Shown: positions 23,139 through 31,995 of the stretch, one piece after another | Numbering within the stretch: the first letter of the stretch is position 1 | How the letters are laid out: each line of letters starts with the position of its first letter | Assembly (NCBI RefSeq): GCF_000015225.1 | Contig: NC_008698.1 | Location: 750,001 to 782,000, forward strand | From: Thermofilum pendens Hrk 5 | Lineage (GTDB): Archaea; Thermoproteota; Thermoprotei; Thermofilales; Thermofilaceae | Direction: 5' to 3' | DNA length: 32,000 nucleotides | Notes under the pieces: model-generated | Seen by the model: the letters and a program-made list of their open reading frames with translations, nothing else | Database searches by the model: none | What the model was told of the DNA's origin: nothing | Made by a program: the position numbers and the translations under genes

Positions 23139-23975
23139 CTAGCTTAGTTGCGAAACAACGGAGATGGCTGTTGAAAGCGTGTTCATAGTTATCCGTGCGG
23201 CTGCCTCGAAGTCGGGCTTTACCTGGATCTCTGCAGAGACGAAGCCGGAGTAGCCCGCGTCGCGCAGCGCGTGGAGTATTCTCACGAAGTCGAGGTGTCC
23301 CATCCCGGGAGCCAGCCTGTTGCTGTCAGCCACGTGGAAGTGTCCTATCCTGCCGGACGCCAGCCGGATAGAGTCCTCGATAACCCTCTCCTCTATGTTC
23401 ATGTGGAAAGTATCCAGCAAGAGGAGCAAGTTGTCCTCTCCCACCTCCTCCAGAACCCTAAGTCCCTCTTCAACCGTGTTCACGAGCCTAGACTCGTACC
23501 TGTTCAGAGGCTCCAGGAAGAGCGATACGCCTTGCTCGCCCGCCTTCCTGGCGAGCCCCCTAAGCTCTTCCACCAGAAGCCTCCTAGCGCCCTCGACGTC
23601 CCCCCACTCGTCACCCCTACCGCGTATGAGGCCTACAATTACGCCTTTTATCTCCCTCCGAGAAGCCTCGAAAACTATCTCCTCAATCCTTCTTCTAGCC
23701 CTTTCCCTGACACCCGCGTCGGGGCTCGTCAGGCTTAACCCGTAGTGGATGTAGTTTAGCCCTGTACCCACCGCGGGGACTTCGAGGCTATGCTCACGCG
23801 CAAGGAGCGCCAGCTCCCCTACCTCAACGGGCTCTAACACGGAGATCTCTACGCCGTCGTAGCCCAGCTCGCTGAGGGCTTTAACAGCCGTTGAGGGATC
23901 CAGCCTAGCTACAGCGTCGAAGCGAGCCTTAGGATTCGCGATAACCATCGAGAGCTTGAACAGACGTGCAGGCAT
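23139..23975 (-). CDS. xylose-isomerase-like TIM-barrel sugar(-acid) isomerase/epimerase (IolO-like?)
   Basis: 278 aa. Motifs: GYDGVEI, LEPLNRYES..VNT, LLLDTFHMNIEE, HFHVADSNRLAPGMGHLDF. These match the AP-endonuclease-2/xylose isomerase-like fold. Confidence 0.75.
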   Translation of the reverse strand: MPARLFKLSMVIANPKARFDAVARLDPSTAVKALSELGYDGVEISVLEPVEVGELALLAREHSLEVPAVGTGLNYIHYGLSLTSPDAGVRERARRRIEEIVFEASRREIKGVIVGLIRGRGDEWGDVEGARRLLVEELRGLARKAGEQGVSLFLEPLNRYESRLVNTVEEGLRVLEEVGEDNLLLLLDTFHMNIEERVIEDSIRLASGRIGHFHVADSNRLAPGMGHLDFVRILHALRDAGYSGFVSAEIQVKPDFEAAARITMNTLSTAISVVSQLS

Positions 23976-24133
23976 GCCAACCCCCTAGGTATGCCATGAA
24001 GAAGTACTTATACTTACGCGCGAATTTCGAAGTGAATAACACGTGTGAATATCGAGAAACCAGCGTGCTTTTTAAACGTTTTCCGGATCGCATATAAGGG
24101 GTTATTTGTGTAGAGGGGTTTTGGCGAAGGAAA

Positions 24134-25339
24134 ATGACCACGATGAGAGCAGCCTTAGTGACCGCGGACTTTGCGCCTAGACCCGGCTACAAGATCACGC
24201 AGGACGAGATAAGGACCCACAAGGTGAGAGAGGGGGCGAAGGTCTGGCGGAACCCGAAGCTCGTGCTGAGAACAGACTACCCTGTACCGGAGCCGAAGCC
24301 CGACGAGATACTCATACGCGTCAAGGCGGTAGGCATATGCGGGTCCGATATACACTTCCTCGAGACGGATAGCGAAGGCTATATCCTTTACCCCGGCCTC
24401 ACGAGGTTCCCCGTGGTTATCGGGCACGAGTTCAGCGGCGTGGTCGAGAAGGTAGGAACCAACGTCAAGACGTTCAAGCCGGGAGACATGGTGACGAGCG
24501 AGGAGATGTTCTGGTGCGGGGAATGCGATGCGTGTAGAAGCGTGGACTTCAACCACTGCCTGCGGCTAAACGACCCGGCGGACCTCGAGTTCGGCGAGCT
24601 CGGCTTCACGCACGACGGCGCGATGGCAGACTACGTAGTCGTCAAGGCCAAGTATGCCTGGAAGATAGACTCGCTCCTCGACAGGTACGGTAGCGAGGAC
24701 AAAGCGTTCGAGGCGGGGAGCCTCGTAGAGCCTACCAGCGTAGCCTACCACGCCATGTTCACGAGGGCAGGCGGCTTCAAACCGGGAGCCTACGTCGCGG
24801 TCTGGGGCGCAGGCCCCATAGGGCTTGCAGCCATAGCTCTCGCGAAGGCCGCGGGCGCGGGCAAGGTCATCGCGTTCGAGGTAAGCCCGACGAGAAGAGA
24901 GCTCGCAAAGAAGGTGGGCGCAGACTACGTGTTCAACCCGGTCGAGCTCTCGAAGAACGGCGTTGAGCCTTGGGAGAAGATAATGGAGGTGACCGGGGGC
25001 CAGGGCGCGGACTTCCACGTTGAAGCTGCCGGCGCGCCGAGACACACCATACCGCAGATGCAGAAAAGCCTCGCCATTAACGGCAAGATAGTGCAGATAG
25101 GGCGGGCGGCTGAGGACGTCCCGATATACCTTGAAGTGTTCCAGGTTAGGAGAGGCCAGATATTCGGGAGCCAGGGGCACTCCGGCTTCGGCAACTTCGG
25201 CAACGTCATACGGCTGATGGCCGCCGGCAAGATAGACATGACCCAGATCATAACCGCCAGGTTCTCTCTCGACGAGGTCTACAAGGCTTTCGAGAGGGCC
25301 CACCAGAGGATAGACGGCAAGATAACTCTCAAACCGTAA
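24134..25339 (+). CDS. zinc-dependent alcohol/polyol dehydrogenase, long MDR form (IolM-like scyllo-inosose 3-dehydrogenase?)
   Basis: 401 aa. Catalytic Zn motif GICGSDIHF..GHEFSG, structural Zn motif CGECDACRSVDFNHC, Rossmann motif VWGAGPIGLAA. The roughly 50-aa N-terminal extension is unusual for 340-350 aa ADHs. Confidence 0.8.
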   Translation: MTTMRAALVTADFAPRPGYKITQDEIRTHKVREGAKVWRNPKLVLRTDYPVPEPKPDEILIRVKAVGICGSDIHFLETDSEGYILYPGLTRFPVVIGHEFSGVVEKVGTNVKTFKPGDMVTSEEMFWCGECDACRSVDFNHCLRLNDPADLEFGELGFTHDGAMADYVVVKAKYAWKIDSLLDRYGSEDKAFEAGSLVEPTSVAYHAMFTRAGGFKPGAYVAVWGAGPIGLAAIALAKAAGAGKVIAFEVSPTRRELAKKVGADYVFNPVELSKNGVEPWEKIMEVTGGQGADFHVEAAGAPRHTIPQMQKSLAINGKIVQIGRAAEDVPIYLEVFQVRRGQIFGSQGHSGFGNFGNVIRLMAAGKIDMTQIITARFSLDEVYKAFERAHQRIDGKITLKP

Positions 25340-25380
25340 ACTATTTATATATGACTATGTCATAAGAGGTGATGGTTGGG

Positions 25381-26292
25381 ATGGTCGAGTACGAGGCGCG
25401 CTTTTCTAAGCCATACTACAACAAGTTCGGCGAGAAGATATACCTGGACCAGATGACGATGTCCGAGCTATTGGAGCGCGTCAAGAAGAACGACATAGTA
25501 CTCGTTCCGTGCGGCTCGGTAGAGAGCCACGGGCTGGGGCAGGCTACCGGGGAGGATACGATCATAGGCGCATACATAGCTGAGAGAGTGGCCTTCGAGA
25601 CGGGGATAACTGTTGCTCCCCCCATATTCTACGGGAGCCACCCGAGCCACCACTACGGGATGCCCGGGACTATTCCCATAAAGAAGGAAGCGTACATAGA
25701 CTACGTTACGAGCGTTGTAAAGTGGCTTAGCCACGCCGGCTTCAAGAAGATAATACTCTTCAACAGTCACGGCCAGGAGTACGTGCTACCCATAGTCAAG
25801 GACAAGGCTATCATAGAGGAAGGAGTCAAAGCGCTGATACTCGTAACTTCGTGGTGGGCGTGGGTTAGGGACATCCTGAGGCAGGGGACAGAGCTCAAGC
25901 CGGGGCTCGTTCTCGAAACCCCCTTCATACACGCGGACGAACTTGAGGCGAGCGTCCTCTGGTACGTTGCCCCCAAGCTCGTAGACCCCTCTAAGCTAAA
26001 GGAGAGCGACGCCGAGAAAATGGTCGGAGTAATCCCAGACAAGTGGGCGGATAAAGCCGGGAACGTCTACGGCAGACCCTTCGGGTGGTACGATATCAGC
26101 GCCTTCATGGAGATTCACCACTACCCCAAAGGAAGCGTAGGGTACCCCAGCAAGGCTAGTAGGGAGAAAGGAGAAGTCGTTGTCGAAACCGCTATTCAGC
26201 GCATAATAGAATTCATTGAGTGGCTACACAAGACGTACCCGCCCGGGGTAGTCCCTCAGGTCTGGCCGAACCCCGGGGATTTCAAGTACTAG
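25381..26292 (+). CDS. creatininase-family amidohydrolase (IolN-like 3-dehydro-scyllo-inosose hydrolase?)
   Basis: SD GAGGTGAT lies 7 nt before ATG 25381; the track starts at GTG 25369. Family motifs: VLVPCGSVESHG, GEDT and LFNSHGQ (GS.E.HG / N.HG. pattern). Confidence 0.75.
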   Translation: MVEYEARFSKPYYNKFGEKIYLDQMTMSELLERVKKNDIVLVPCGSVESHGLGQATGEDTIIGAYIAERVAFETGITVAPPIFYGSHPSHHYGMPGTIPIKKEAYIDYVTSVVKWLSHAGFKKIILFNSHGQEYVLPIVKDKAIIEEGVKALILVTSWWAWVRDILRQGTELKPGLVLETPFIHADELEASVLWYVAPKLVDPSKLKESDAEKMVGVIPDKWADKAGNVYGRPFGWYDISAFMEIHHYPKGSVGYPSKASREKGEVVVETAIQRIIEFIEWLHKTYPPGVVPQVWPNPGDFKY

Positions 26293-26307
26293 ATAACCAA
26301 GTTGTAA

Positions 26308-26324
26308 ATTTCTTTTTTTATTTA
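26308..26324 (+). terminator. oligo-T tract (archaeal intrinsic termination signal)
   Basis: TTTCTTTTTTTATTTA lies 16 nt after the creatininase-family stop codon. Confidence 0.35.
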
Positions 26325-26371
26325 TGAATTGGGGAAAAAGCTCTTATACCACGTAAGCGTTAACACTAAAC

Positions 26372-27391
26372 GTGGCAAGACCAAAGGTCTACGTTACAAG
26401 GATAATACCCGAGCCTGGCTTATCTATGCTCAAAGAGTGTTGCGACGTAGTTGTTCACGAGTCGAAGGATTGGCCTCCTTCTAGGGAAGAGCTTCTAAGG
26501 AACATTCGCGACAAGGACGCCCTTCTATGTCTCCTGACAGACAAGATAGACGCAGAAGTCATGGACGCAGCGCCCAACCTAAAGGTCATTAGTACGTACT
26601 CCGTCGGGTTCGACCACATAGATATACCCGAGGCCACGAAGAGAGGAATCTACGTTACGCACACGCCGGGAGTTCTAACAGACGCTGTCGCCGAGTTCAC
26701 GGTCGGCCTGATACTGGCCGTGACTAGGAGGATCGTGGAGGCCGACAAGATAATCCGCACAGGGCAGTGGGACAAGCCCTGGAACCCCTACTTCCTGACG
26801 GGCCCGGAGCTGAAGGGGAAGACTATCGGGCTAGTAGGGCTGGGGCGCATAGGGGTAGCTACAGCCAAGAGGTTATCCAGCTTCGACGTGAAGATACTGT
26901 ACTACGACATCGAGCGCAGGTGGGACGTTGAAACCGTGATACCGAACATGGAGTTCACGGACCTGGACACGCTCCTCGAGAAGTCCGACATAGTGTCTAT
27001 CCACGTTCCCTTGACTAAGGAGACCTATCACCTCATAAACGAGGAGAGGCTTAGGAAGATGAAGAAGACAGCCTACCTCATTAACACGGCGAGGGGACCC
27101 GTGGTCGACACGGAGGCCTTGGTTAAAGCCTTGAAGGAGGGCTGGATAGCTGGGGCGGCGCTGGACGTCTTCGAGCAGGAACCGCTCCCGCCGAACCATC
27201 CCTTGACGAAGTTCGACAACGTAGTCCTGGCGCCGCACATAGCTAGCGCAACGATAGAGGCTAGGCAGCGCATGGCGGAGCTGGCCGCAAGGAACCTTAT
27301 AGCAGTGTTAAAGGGAGAAATGCCGCCGGCACTCGTGAACAAAGAGGTGCTCAAAGTCAGACCTTTAGAGAAAGTGAAGATGATCCCGTAA
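26372..27391 (+). CDS. gyaR: D-2-hydroxyacid dehydrogenase / glyoxylate-hydroxypyruvate reductase family
   Basis: GTG start. KVYVTRIIPEPGLSMLKE...GFDHIDIPEATKRGIYVTHTPGVLTDAVAEF...GKTIGLVGLGRIGVATAKRL...INTARGPVVD...ALDVFEQEP...PHIASAT is collinear with Pyrococcus-type glyoxylate reductases as I remember them. Confidence 0.8.
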   Translation: MARPKVYVTRIIPEPGLSMLKECCDVVVHESKDWPPSREELLRNIRDKDALLCLLTDKIDAEVMDAAPNLKVISTYSVGFDHIDIPEATKRGIYVTHTPGVLTDAVAEFTVGLILAVTRRIVEADKIIRTGQWDKPWNPYFLTGPELKGKTIGLVGLGRIGVATAKRLSSFDVKILYYDIERRWDVETVIPNMEFTDLDTLLEKSDIVSIHVPLTKETYHLINEERLRKMKKTAYLINTARGPVVDTEALVKALKEGWIAGAALDVFEQEPLPPNHPLTKFDNVVLAPHIASATIEARQRMAELAARNLIAVLKGEMPPALVNKEVLKVRPLEKVKMIP

Positions 27392-27398
27392 ACGCGTG

Positions 27399-27416
27399 CT
27401 TTATTTTTCTTTTTTG
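27399..27416 (+). terminator. oligo-T tracts after the dehydrogenase gene
   Basis: CTTTATTTTTCTTTTTTG begins 8 nt after the stop codon. Confidence 0.35.
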
Positions 27417-27432
27417 AGAACTTTCCTTCTTG

Positions 27433-28218
27433 ATGAGCTTAAGGGACGTTAAGAGGGTTATAGCGAGGGCAGACGTCGTCGTAGAAGTCGTAGACGCGAG
27501 GGACCCTTGGGCGACGAGAAGCCCGGAAATAGAGCGCTACGCGGTGAGGCTGGGGAAGCCTCTCCTGGTAGTCGTGAACAAGAGCGACCTCGTACCGAGG
27601 GATGTACTGGAGAAGTGGAGGAAAGTTCTCGAAAAGCATTTCCCGGTAGTCTTTATCTCAGCAACGAAGAGGATGGGTACCCGGATGCTCTGGCGGTCGT
27701 TGCGCAGGGTAGCGCCCAGGAAGCCTCGCGGGAAACCCGTTGTCGCGGCAGTTGTGGGAATACCCAACGTGGGGAAGTCTACCATCATCAACTACCTGAA
27801 GGGGTCTCACAGCGTGGGGACATCGCCTATCCCCGGTTTCACCAAGAGCATTACTAGGCTTAGGGCGGCGGGGTGGTTGAGGGTTATAGATACCCCTGGG
27901 GTCGTTCCGAGGATGAGCCAGGAGGAGCTAGCGCTTAGAGGCGCGTTGCGCCCGGAGAGTCTAGACGACCCGGTACCCGCCGCCAAAAAGCTGTTAGAGC
28001 TTATTATGTGCAAGAAACCCGGGCTTTTGAAAGAACTGTACGACGTAGAGGCAGAAGACCCGGTAGTATTTCTCGAAAACCTGGCTAGGAGGAGGGGCCT
28101 TCTGGGGAAGGGCGGCGTCCCGCTCGTAGAAGAAGCAGCGAGAATCGTTTTGAGAGACTGGCAGACTGGCAAGAACACCTTCTATCTGGAGCCCGAGGAC
28201 TACGGGCTTTCGGCTTGA
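27433..28218 (+). CDS. circularly permuted GTPase (YlqF/RbgA/Nug-like ribosome-biogenesis GTPase)
   Basis: G4 NKSDL (VVVNKSDLV) precedes G1 GIPNVGKSTIIN and G3 DTPG, giving permuted motif order. ATG 27433 is preferred over the adjacent TTG 27430. Confidence 0.75.
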   Translation: MSLRDVKRVIARADVVVEVVDARDPWATRSPEIERYAVRLGKPLLVVVNKSDLVPRDVLEKWRKVLEKHFPVVFISATKRMGTRMLWRSLRRVAPRKPRGKPVVAAVVGIPNVGKSTIINYLKGSHSVGTSPIPGFTKSITRLRAAGWLRVIDTPGVVPRMSQEELALRGALRPESLDDPVPAAKKLLELIMCKKPGLLKELYDVEAEDPVVFLENLARRRGLLGKGGVPLVEEAARIVLRDWQTGKNTFYLEPEDYGLSA

Positions 28219-29051
28219 CACCGCCGTAGCTCAGCGTAGAGCTCTCTTAGGGCGTGTAGGGGTGCTCCGGCAAAGTTCTCCTCTAAGCATTCGTCTATCC
28301 TCTTGACTTCGAAGTCTCCTCTGTCTATACAGCCGCCCACCAGCCACACGGGGGCGTCCAGTAGTATCGGGGGGATCTCTGCCTGCCTGCCGACAAGGCT
28401 CCAAGCCGCTTTAACTTCTTCCTTGTGTTTTGCGCGTAGGTTCGACGCGTGGGCTCGAAGATCGTCGAGACAAGACCACCCCTTGGCGATGCCGGACGTG
28501 AGGGTTACGAGGGACACTCTGTAGTCGACCGGTATGGGTAACCTTTCGCCCCCCGTGTACTCCTTGTTCGCGGCTATGCATGCGTAGAGTAGCATCTTTG
28601 AGGCAAAGACTACCGTCTTGTCCTCTGGGTTAGCCCCGACAATTCGAGCCACCGTAGACGCGAAGCGTTCGAGGTTTACGGGAACCTCGCTGAGCAGGCT
28701 GAGCACCTTTTCTCTCGACGCGACGTACCTCTTGATCCTTTTCACGCGATGCTCTCGGAAGCGCCGTAGCGACTCTGCTTCCTCCACGAACCTGTAGAGC
28801 GCTCCGGGAGTTCCATCGAAGAGTTCGGCTGCCTCAAGCCAGTGGTCTTCTCCCCTTTTAGACAGCATGTAGCTTACTAGTGCTACTCCGGCTACGTAGA
28901 AGCCCCCCTCCGGGAAGCCCGCTTTTTCTAGGATCTTCCTGACAGCAAGGAACTGGGGGTCCCTCTCCACGAAGAGGAGTGAAAGCTCCCGGATGCTTCC
29001 GCGGAAAATCTCTCCTAGCTCTGATGCACGCTTTTCATCGAAAAATATCAT
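28200..29051 (-). CDS. archaeal 8-oxoguanine DNA glycosylase / N-glycosylase-DNA lyase (AGOG family)
   Basis: ERDPQFLAV, KTVVFASKMLLYAC, LPIPVDYRVSLVT and IPPILLDAPVWLVGG parallel the Pyrobaculum AGOG blocks I recall (ERRDPQYRAV, KTLVFTIKILNYAY, IPIPVDYRVARLT, IPPLHLDTLLWLAGR). Confidence 0.75.
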   Translation of the reverse strand: MIFFDEKRASELGEIFRGSIRELSLLFVERDPQFLAVRKILEKAGFPEGGFYVAGVALVSYMLSKRGEDHWLEAAELFDGTPGALYRFVEEAESLRRFREHRVKRIKRYVASREKVLSLLSEVPVNLERFASTVARIVGANPEDKTVVFASKMLLYACIAANKEYTGGERLPIPVDYRVSLVTLTSGIAKGWSCLDDLRAHASNLRAKHKEEVKAAWSLVGRQAEIPPILLDAPVWLVGGCIDRGDFEVKRIDECLEENFAGAPLHALRELYAELRRCQAESP

Positions 29052-29063
29052 AAGAACCTGACC

Positions 29064-30422
29064 CTAAGAAAGGCTACTGACGAGCTCGTTTAAGCGCTCA
29101 AACTCCTTCTTTACCGCTTCTATGGCGTGCTTGTTCTCAGCGTCTCCGGATACGAGGAGTTTCTCGCGCTCGTAGTCATACGTTAGCTTCACCCATACGC
29201 CGTCAGCCCTGTACTTTATGCTAAGCGGCGAGAGAGCGAACTCGCTGAAAAGCGAGAATATATACTCTAGTACCCTCCTGCTCCTCTGCTCCTCCAAGTC
29301 TATCTCGAGCGTGTACTCACGCATCTCCGGGAGAGTTTCAATTATCGTTGAGAGCCTAACCTCCTGCGTCGAGAGTAGCTCGAGGAGCTTGCCGATGAAC
29401 AGCATCCCGTCGGGCGAGTAGGAGAACTGGGGGAAGATGAACTCGCCGGAATCGGTAGCGGCGATCCCAGCCTTAATCTTCTTGACCCCCCTCGCAACGT
29501 CCCCGGCGAGCCCTTTCACCCTCAGCAGGTACAGCTTGTTTTTCTCGGCGGCTACGTCGACGATCCTACCCGCGGAGTCGGATACCGCTATGCGCGCCCC
29601 CTCTGGTAGCATTAGCGCCACCGCGGCTACCAGCTTGTCGGGGTCGACGATCCTACCCTTATCGTCGACTATGAACACCTGAGAGGCATCCGCTGAGAGC
29701 GCTGCGGCGAAGGCGGGGGAGGAGGCTCTCGTGATATCCTGGAGCATCGCTATGTCACGGGGAGACGGGAGTTGCTGGGGTCTCACCCCGGGCGGAGGCC
29801 TGCCTGCCTTCACGGCTACGAGCCTGGCCCCCAGGCTTCCTACAAAGTTCGGCAGGACATCGGAGGCGGGACCGTAGTTCACGTCGACTATGACTAGCGG
29901 CTCTTTCGCAGCTATGGGTGACGTATCGATGAAGCTCGCCGCCGACGTGACGTAGATGTCGTGTATGTACTCCGCGTAGGAAATCCAGCCTATCCTGCTC
30001 GGGATGCTCCTCACTATGTGCTTTGTCTCGTACATGTCGAGTATGTCGGCAAGCTTTTCGTAGGACAGTTCCACTCCTCCGGCGTCCACGATCTTCACTT
30101 GTATCCCGTCGGTGTTGTACGGCGCAACCGAGAAGTGTACCCCGGCCTTTGCTCCGAACCTCTTCACGGCGAAGGCCAGCTCTGGTAGCGTCGCCGCGTG
30201 AAAGTCGATCACGGAGTTACCTGTCGACATGAGTCCAGACGTGAAAGCCCTCTTCAGCATCCTGCTGGGAGGGTACAAGTCGCGCGCGGCGACAACGAGC
30301 GCTCCTTCACCGAGTATCGTGCCGAGCACTGCTCCCAGCTCAGCCATGTTCTCGGGTGTTAACTGAGTGTTCGCAACTCCGTAGATCCTGTTGTTGTAGA
30401 TCGGGAAGGGCCCTCTCTTCAC
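29064..30422 (-). CDS. PGM/PMM-family paralog with degenerate catalytic motifs (probable non-mutase or pseudoenzyme)
   Basis: Collinear with the intact PGM/PMM at 14671-16014, but the signature loops have changed: TASHLPPEWNG becomes HFSVAPYNTDG, FDGDGDR becomes LSADASQ, GVESSGH becomes AATDSGE, and RASNTEP is absent. The start overlaps the upstream stop by 4 nt. Confidence 0.7.
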   Translation of the reverse strand: MKRGPFPIYNNRIYGVANTQLTPENMAELGAVLGTILGEGALVVAARDLYPPSRMLKRAFTSGLMSTGNSVIDFHAATLPELAFAVKRFGAKAGVHFSVAPYNTDGIQVKIVDAGGVELSYEKLADILDMYETKHIVRSIPSRIGWISYAEYIHDIYVTSAASFIDTSPIAAKEPLVIVDVNYGPASDVLPNFVGSLGARLVAVKAGRPPPGVRPQQLPSPRDIAMLQDITRASSPAFAAALSADASQVFIVDDKGRIVDPDKLVAAVALMLPEGARIAVSDSAGRIVDVAAEKNKLYLLRVKGLAGDVARGVKKIKAGIAATDSGEFIFPQFSYSPDGMLFIGKLLELLSTQEVRLSTIIETLPEMREYTLEIDLEEQRSRRVLEYIFSLFSEFALSPLSIKYRADGVWVKLTYDYEREKLLVSGDAENKHAIEAVKKEFERLNELVSSLS

Positions 30423-31585
30423 GCAACCATCACCTCGATCCCGCCGCCAATCCTTGTCCCCGGACCCACGATGCTTCCCTCTTTAACAACGACCCCCTCT
30501 CCTAGCACGCTGTTCTCCCTTACTACAGCGCCCTCGCCTACCTTTATACTTTTTGCTAAAACGCTATATCTTACATGAGCACCTCTTTCCACCGTGTCTT
30601 CACCCATAAGCACCGAGTAGCTTACATGAGCCTCCACACCTATATGGGTGTCGCTTCCGATGACAGCGTAGGGACCCACCTCCGCGTTCTGGGAGATCCT
30701 CACATTATCCCCGAGGGCGACCGGGGGTATTATCCTGGCTCCCGGCGAGACCTCTACCCCCTCCCCGACATACACACCGTCCACGAACCTACCGTAAGGT
30801 CTTAGTGGGCTGGCGTGCCCTGCCAAGAGATCGAAGTTCGCGGTCAGGTAGCTTTCAGGCCTCCCAACGTCTATCCAGTAGGTCTCCTCGGCAAGCCAGC
30901 CCTTCACTCTGTAGTTGTTTTCCAGGAGCCATGGGAACACGTTTTTCCCGAAGTCCATGAGGTGGGGGTTCTCCCTGAGCACATCGAGTATGTCGTACCT
31001 AAACGCGTAGAAGCCGGAGTTAGCCAGGTTGGCGAAGAGGTTAACCTTCCTGCTTGTACCCGTAAAGGCGAATGCGAGCGAAGCGACGTACATCTCCTGC
31101 ACGCCGGGCTTTTCGAGGAAATGGAGCACTGCGCCGTTACCGTCTAGGAGCACTGCGCCGAAGTCTCTGAGCGACTGGACCTCTATGAGGGCTATGCTCG
31201 CGATAGAGCCCGAGCTTTCGTGGAAATAGGCGAAGGATCTGAGATCCATGTTTGTTACTACGTCTCCCATAGTTACCAGGAAGTCTTCGTCGATGTAGGA
31301 GGCGCACTTGCGCACAGCGTCAGCCGTATCGGCGGGGTTGAGGGGAGGAGCAACTATCTCTAAGCCTTTATCCATCCAGCGCGCCACTAAATGGTTGACT
31401 ATTTTCTCTCCAAGGTAGTTGACTGCCACTATTACCTTTTCAAACCCATGCCTGTAGAGCAACGAAAGTATGTGGTCTAGTATCGGGACGTTACCCACGG
31501 GGAGAAGCGGTTTCGGAGTGGTGAGAGTTAAAGGTCTAAGCCTAACACCCTTCCCGCCGGCAAGCACAACTGCCGTCTTGATCAT
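30419..31585 (-). CDS. sugar-1-phosphate nucleotidylyltransferase with C-terminal left-handed beta-helix (GlmU/ST0452-like)
   Basis: Conserved start MIKTAVVLAGGKGVRLRPLTLTTPKPLLPV at ATG 31585; the track ORF extends to 31699. The C-terminal hexapeptide repeats read (V/I)G..(V/A).(V/I), for example VGEGVEVSPGARIIPPVALGDNVRISQNAEVGPYAVIG. Confidence 0.8.
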   Translation of the reverse strand: MIKTAVVLAGGKGVRLRPLTLTTPKPLLPVGNVPILDHILSLLYRHGFEKVIVAVNYLGEKIVNHLVARWMDKGLEIVAPPLNPADTADAVRKCASYIDEDFLVTMGDVVTNMDLRSFAYFHESSGSIASIALIEVQSLRDFGAVLLDGNGAVLHFLEKPGVQEMYVASLAFAFTGTSRKVNLFANLANSGFYAFRYDILDVLRENPHLMDFGKNVFPWLLENNYRVKGWLAEETYWIDVGRPESYLTANFDLLAGHASPLRPYGRFVDGVYVGEGVEVSPGARIIPPVALGDNVRISQNAEVGPYAVIGSDTHIGVEAHVSYSVLMGEDTVERGAHVRYSVLAKSIKVGEGAVVRENSVLGEGVVVKEGSIVGPGTRIGGGIEVMVA

Positions 31586-31701
31586 TCCAAGAGAAAAATG
31601 CTTAACTAGCTTTAAAAGCTTGATGTTGATTGAGGATTTTTCAACAGGAAACATTACTCCATACACGCGGGAGAAGGCTGAAAGCACGAATCTTCCCACG
31701 T

Positions 31702-31880
31702 TTACAAACCAGAGAAAAAAAGGAGTTTTTGCGTCAGCCCGAGCCCCTTCAGCTCCTCGACGCCCTCTCCAGCTCCTTGTCTTCCTCGACGCGCGGGGTT
31801 GCGCCTCTCACGGAGGCTAGGAACTCCTCTACTGCGTTCAACGCCTCAACGGCGCGCGAACCCCTTGCGAAGGCGGAAGC
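31702..31880 (-). pseudogene. family B small-ORF paralog, frameshifted
   Basis: The reverse strand reads ...AVEALNAVEEFLASVRGATPRVEEDKELE, then loses frame relative to 5652-5825. The shifted frame gives VEELKGLGLTQKLLFFSGL* and ends in a TAA inside an inverted copy of the GGTTTGTAAAC motif (31700-31710). Confidence 0.35.
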
Positions 31881-31995
31881 TGGACAGTACCCCAATGCGC
31901 AGAGCCTCGTAGAGCGCCTCGAAAAGCTGGGGGACGAAAACAACTAAAGAGTAAGACCAGCAGGGGAAAAGCGCCCGGCTCCTTCTCCTGCACAA
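31871..31995 (+). repeat. family A C-terminal fragment plus conserved 3' flank, copy C
   Basis: ...CAGTACCCCAATGCGCAGAGCCTCGTAGAGCGCCTCGAAAAGCTGGGGGACGAAAACAAC TAA AGAGTAAGACCAGCAGGGGAAAAGCGCCCGGCTCCTTCTCC aligns with 8330-8450. It directly abuts the family B fragment in the opposite orientation. Confidence 0.6.

Noticed and set aside
24566-25303. Long antisense or off-frame shadow ORFs (for example 24566-25303 minus, 13570-14274 plus, 12870-13553 plus, 1302-1754 minus, 18277-18741 minus, 19062-19649 plus)
   Set aside because: Each lies entirely inside a gene with strong family motifs on the other strand or frame. Their translations are R/P/G/H-rich with no recognisable motifs. This is typical of GC-rich genomes.
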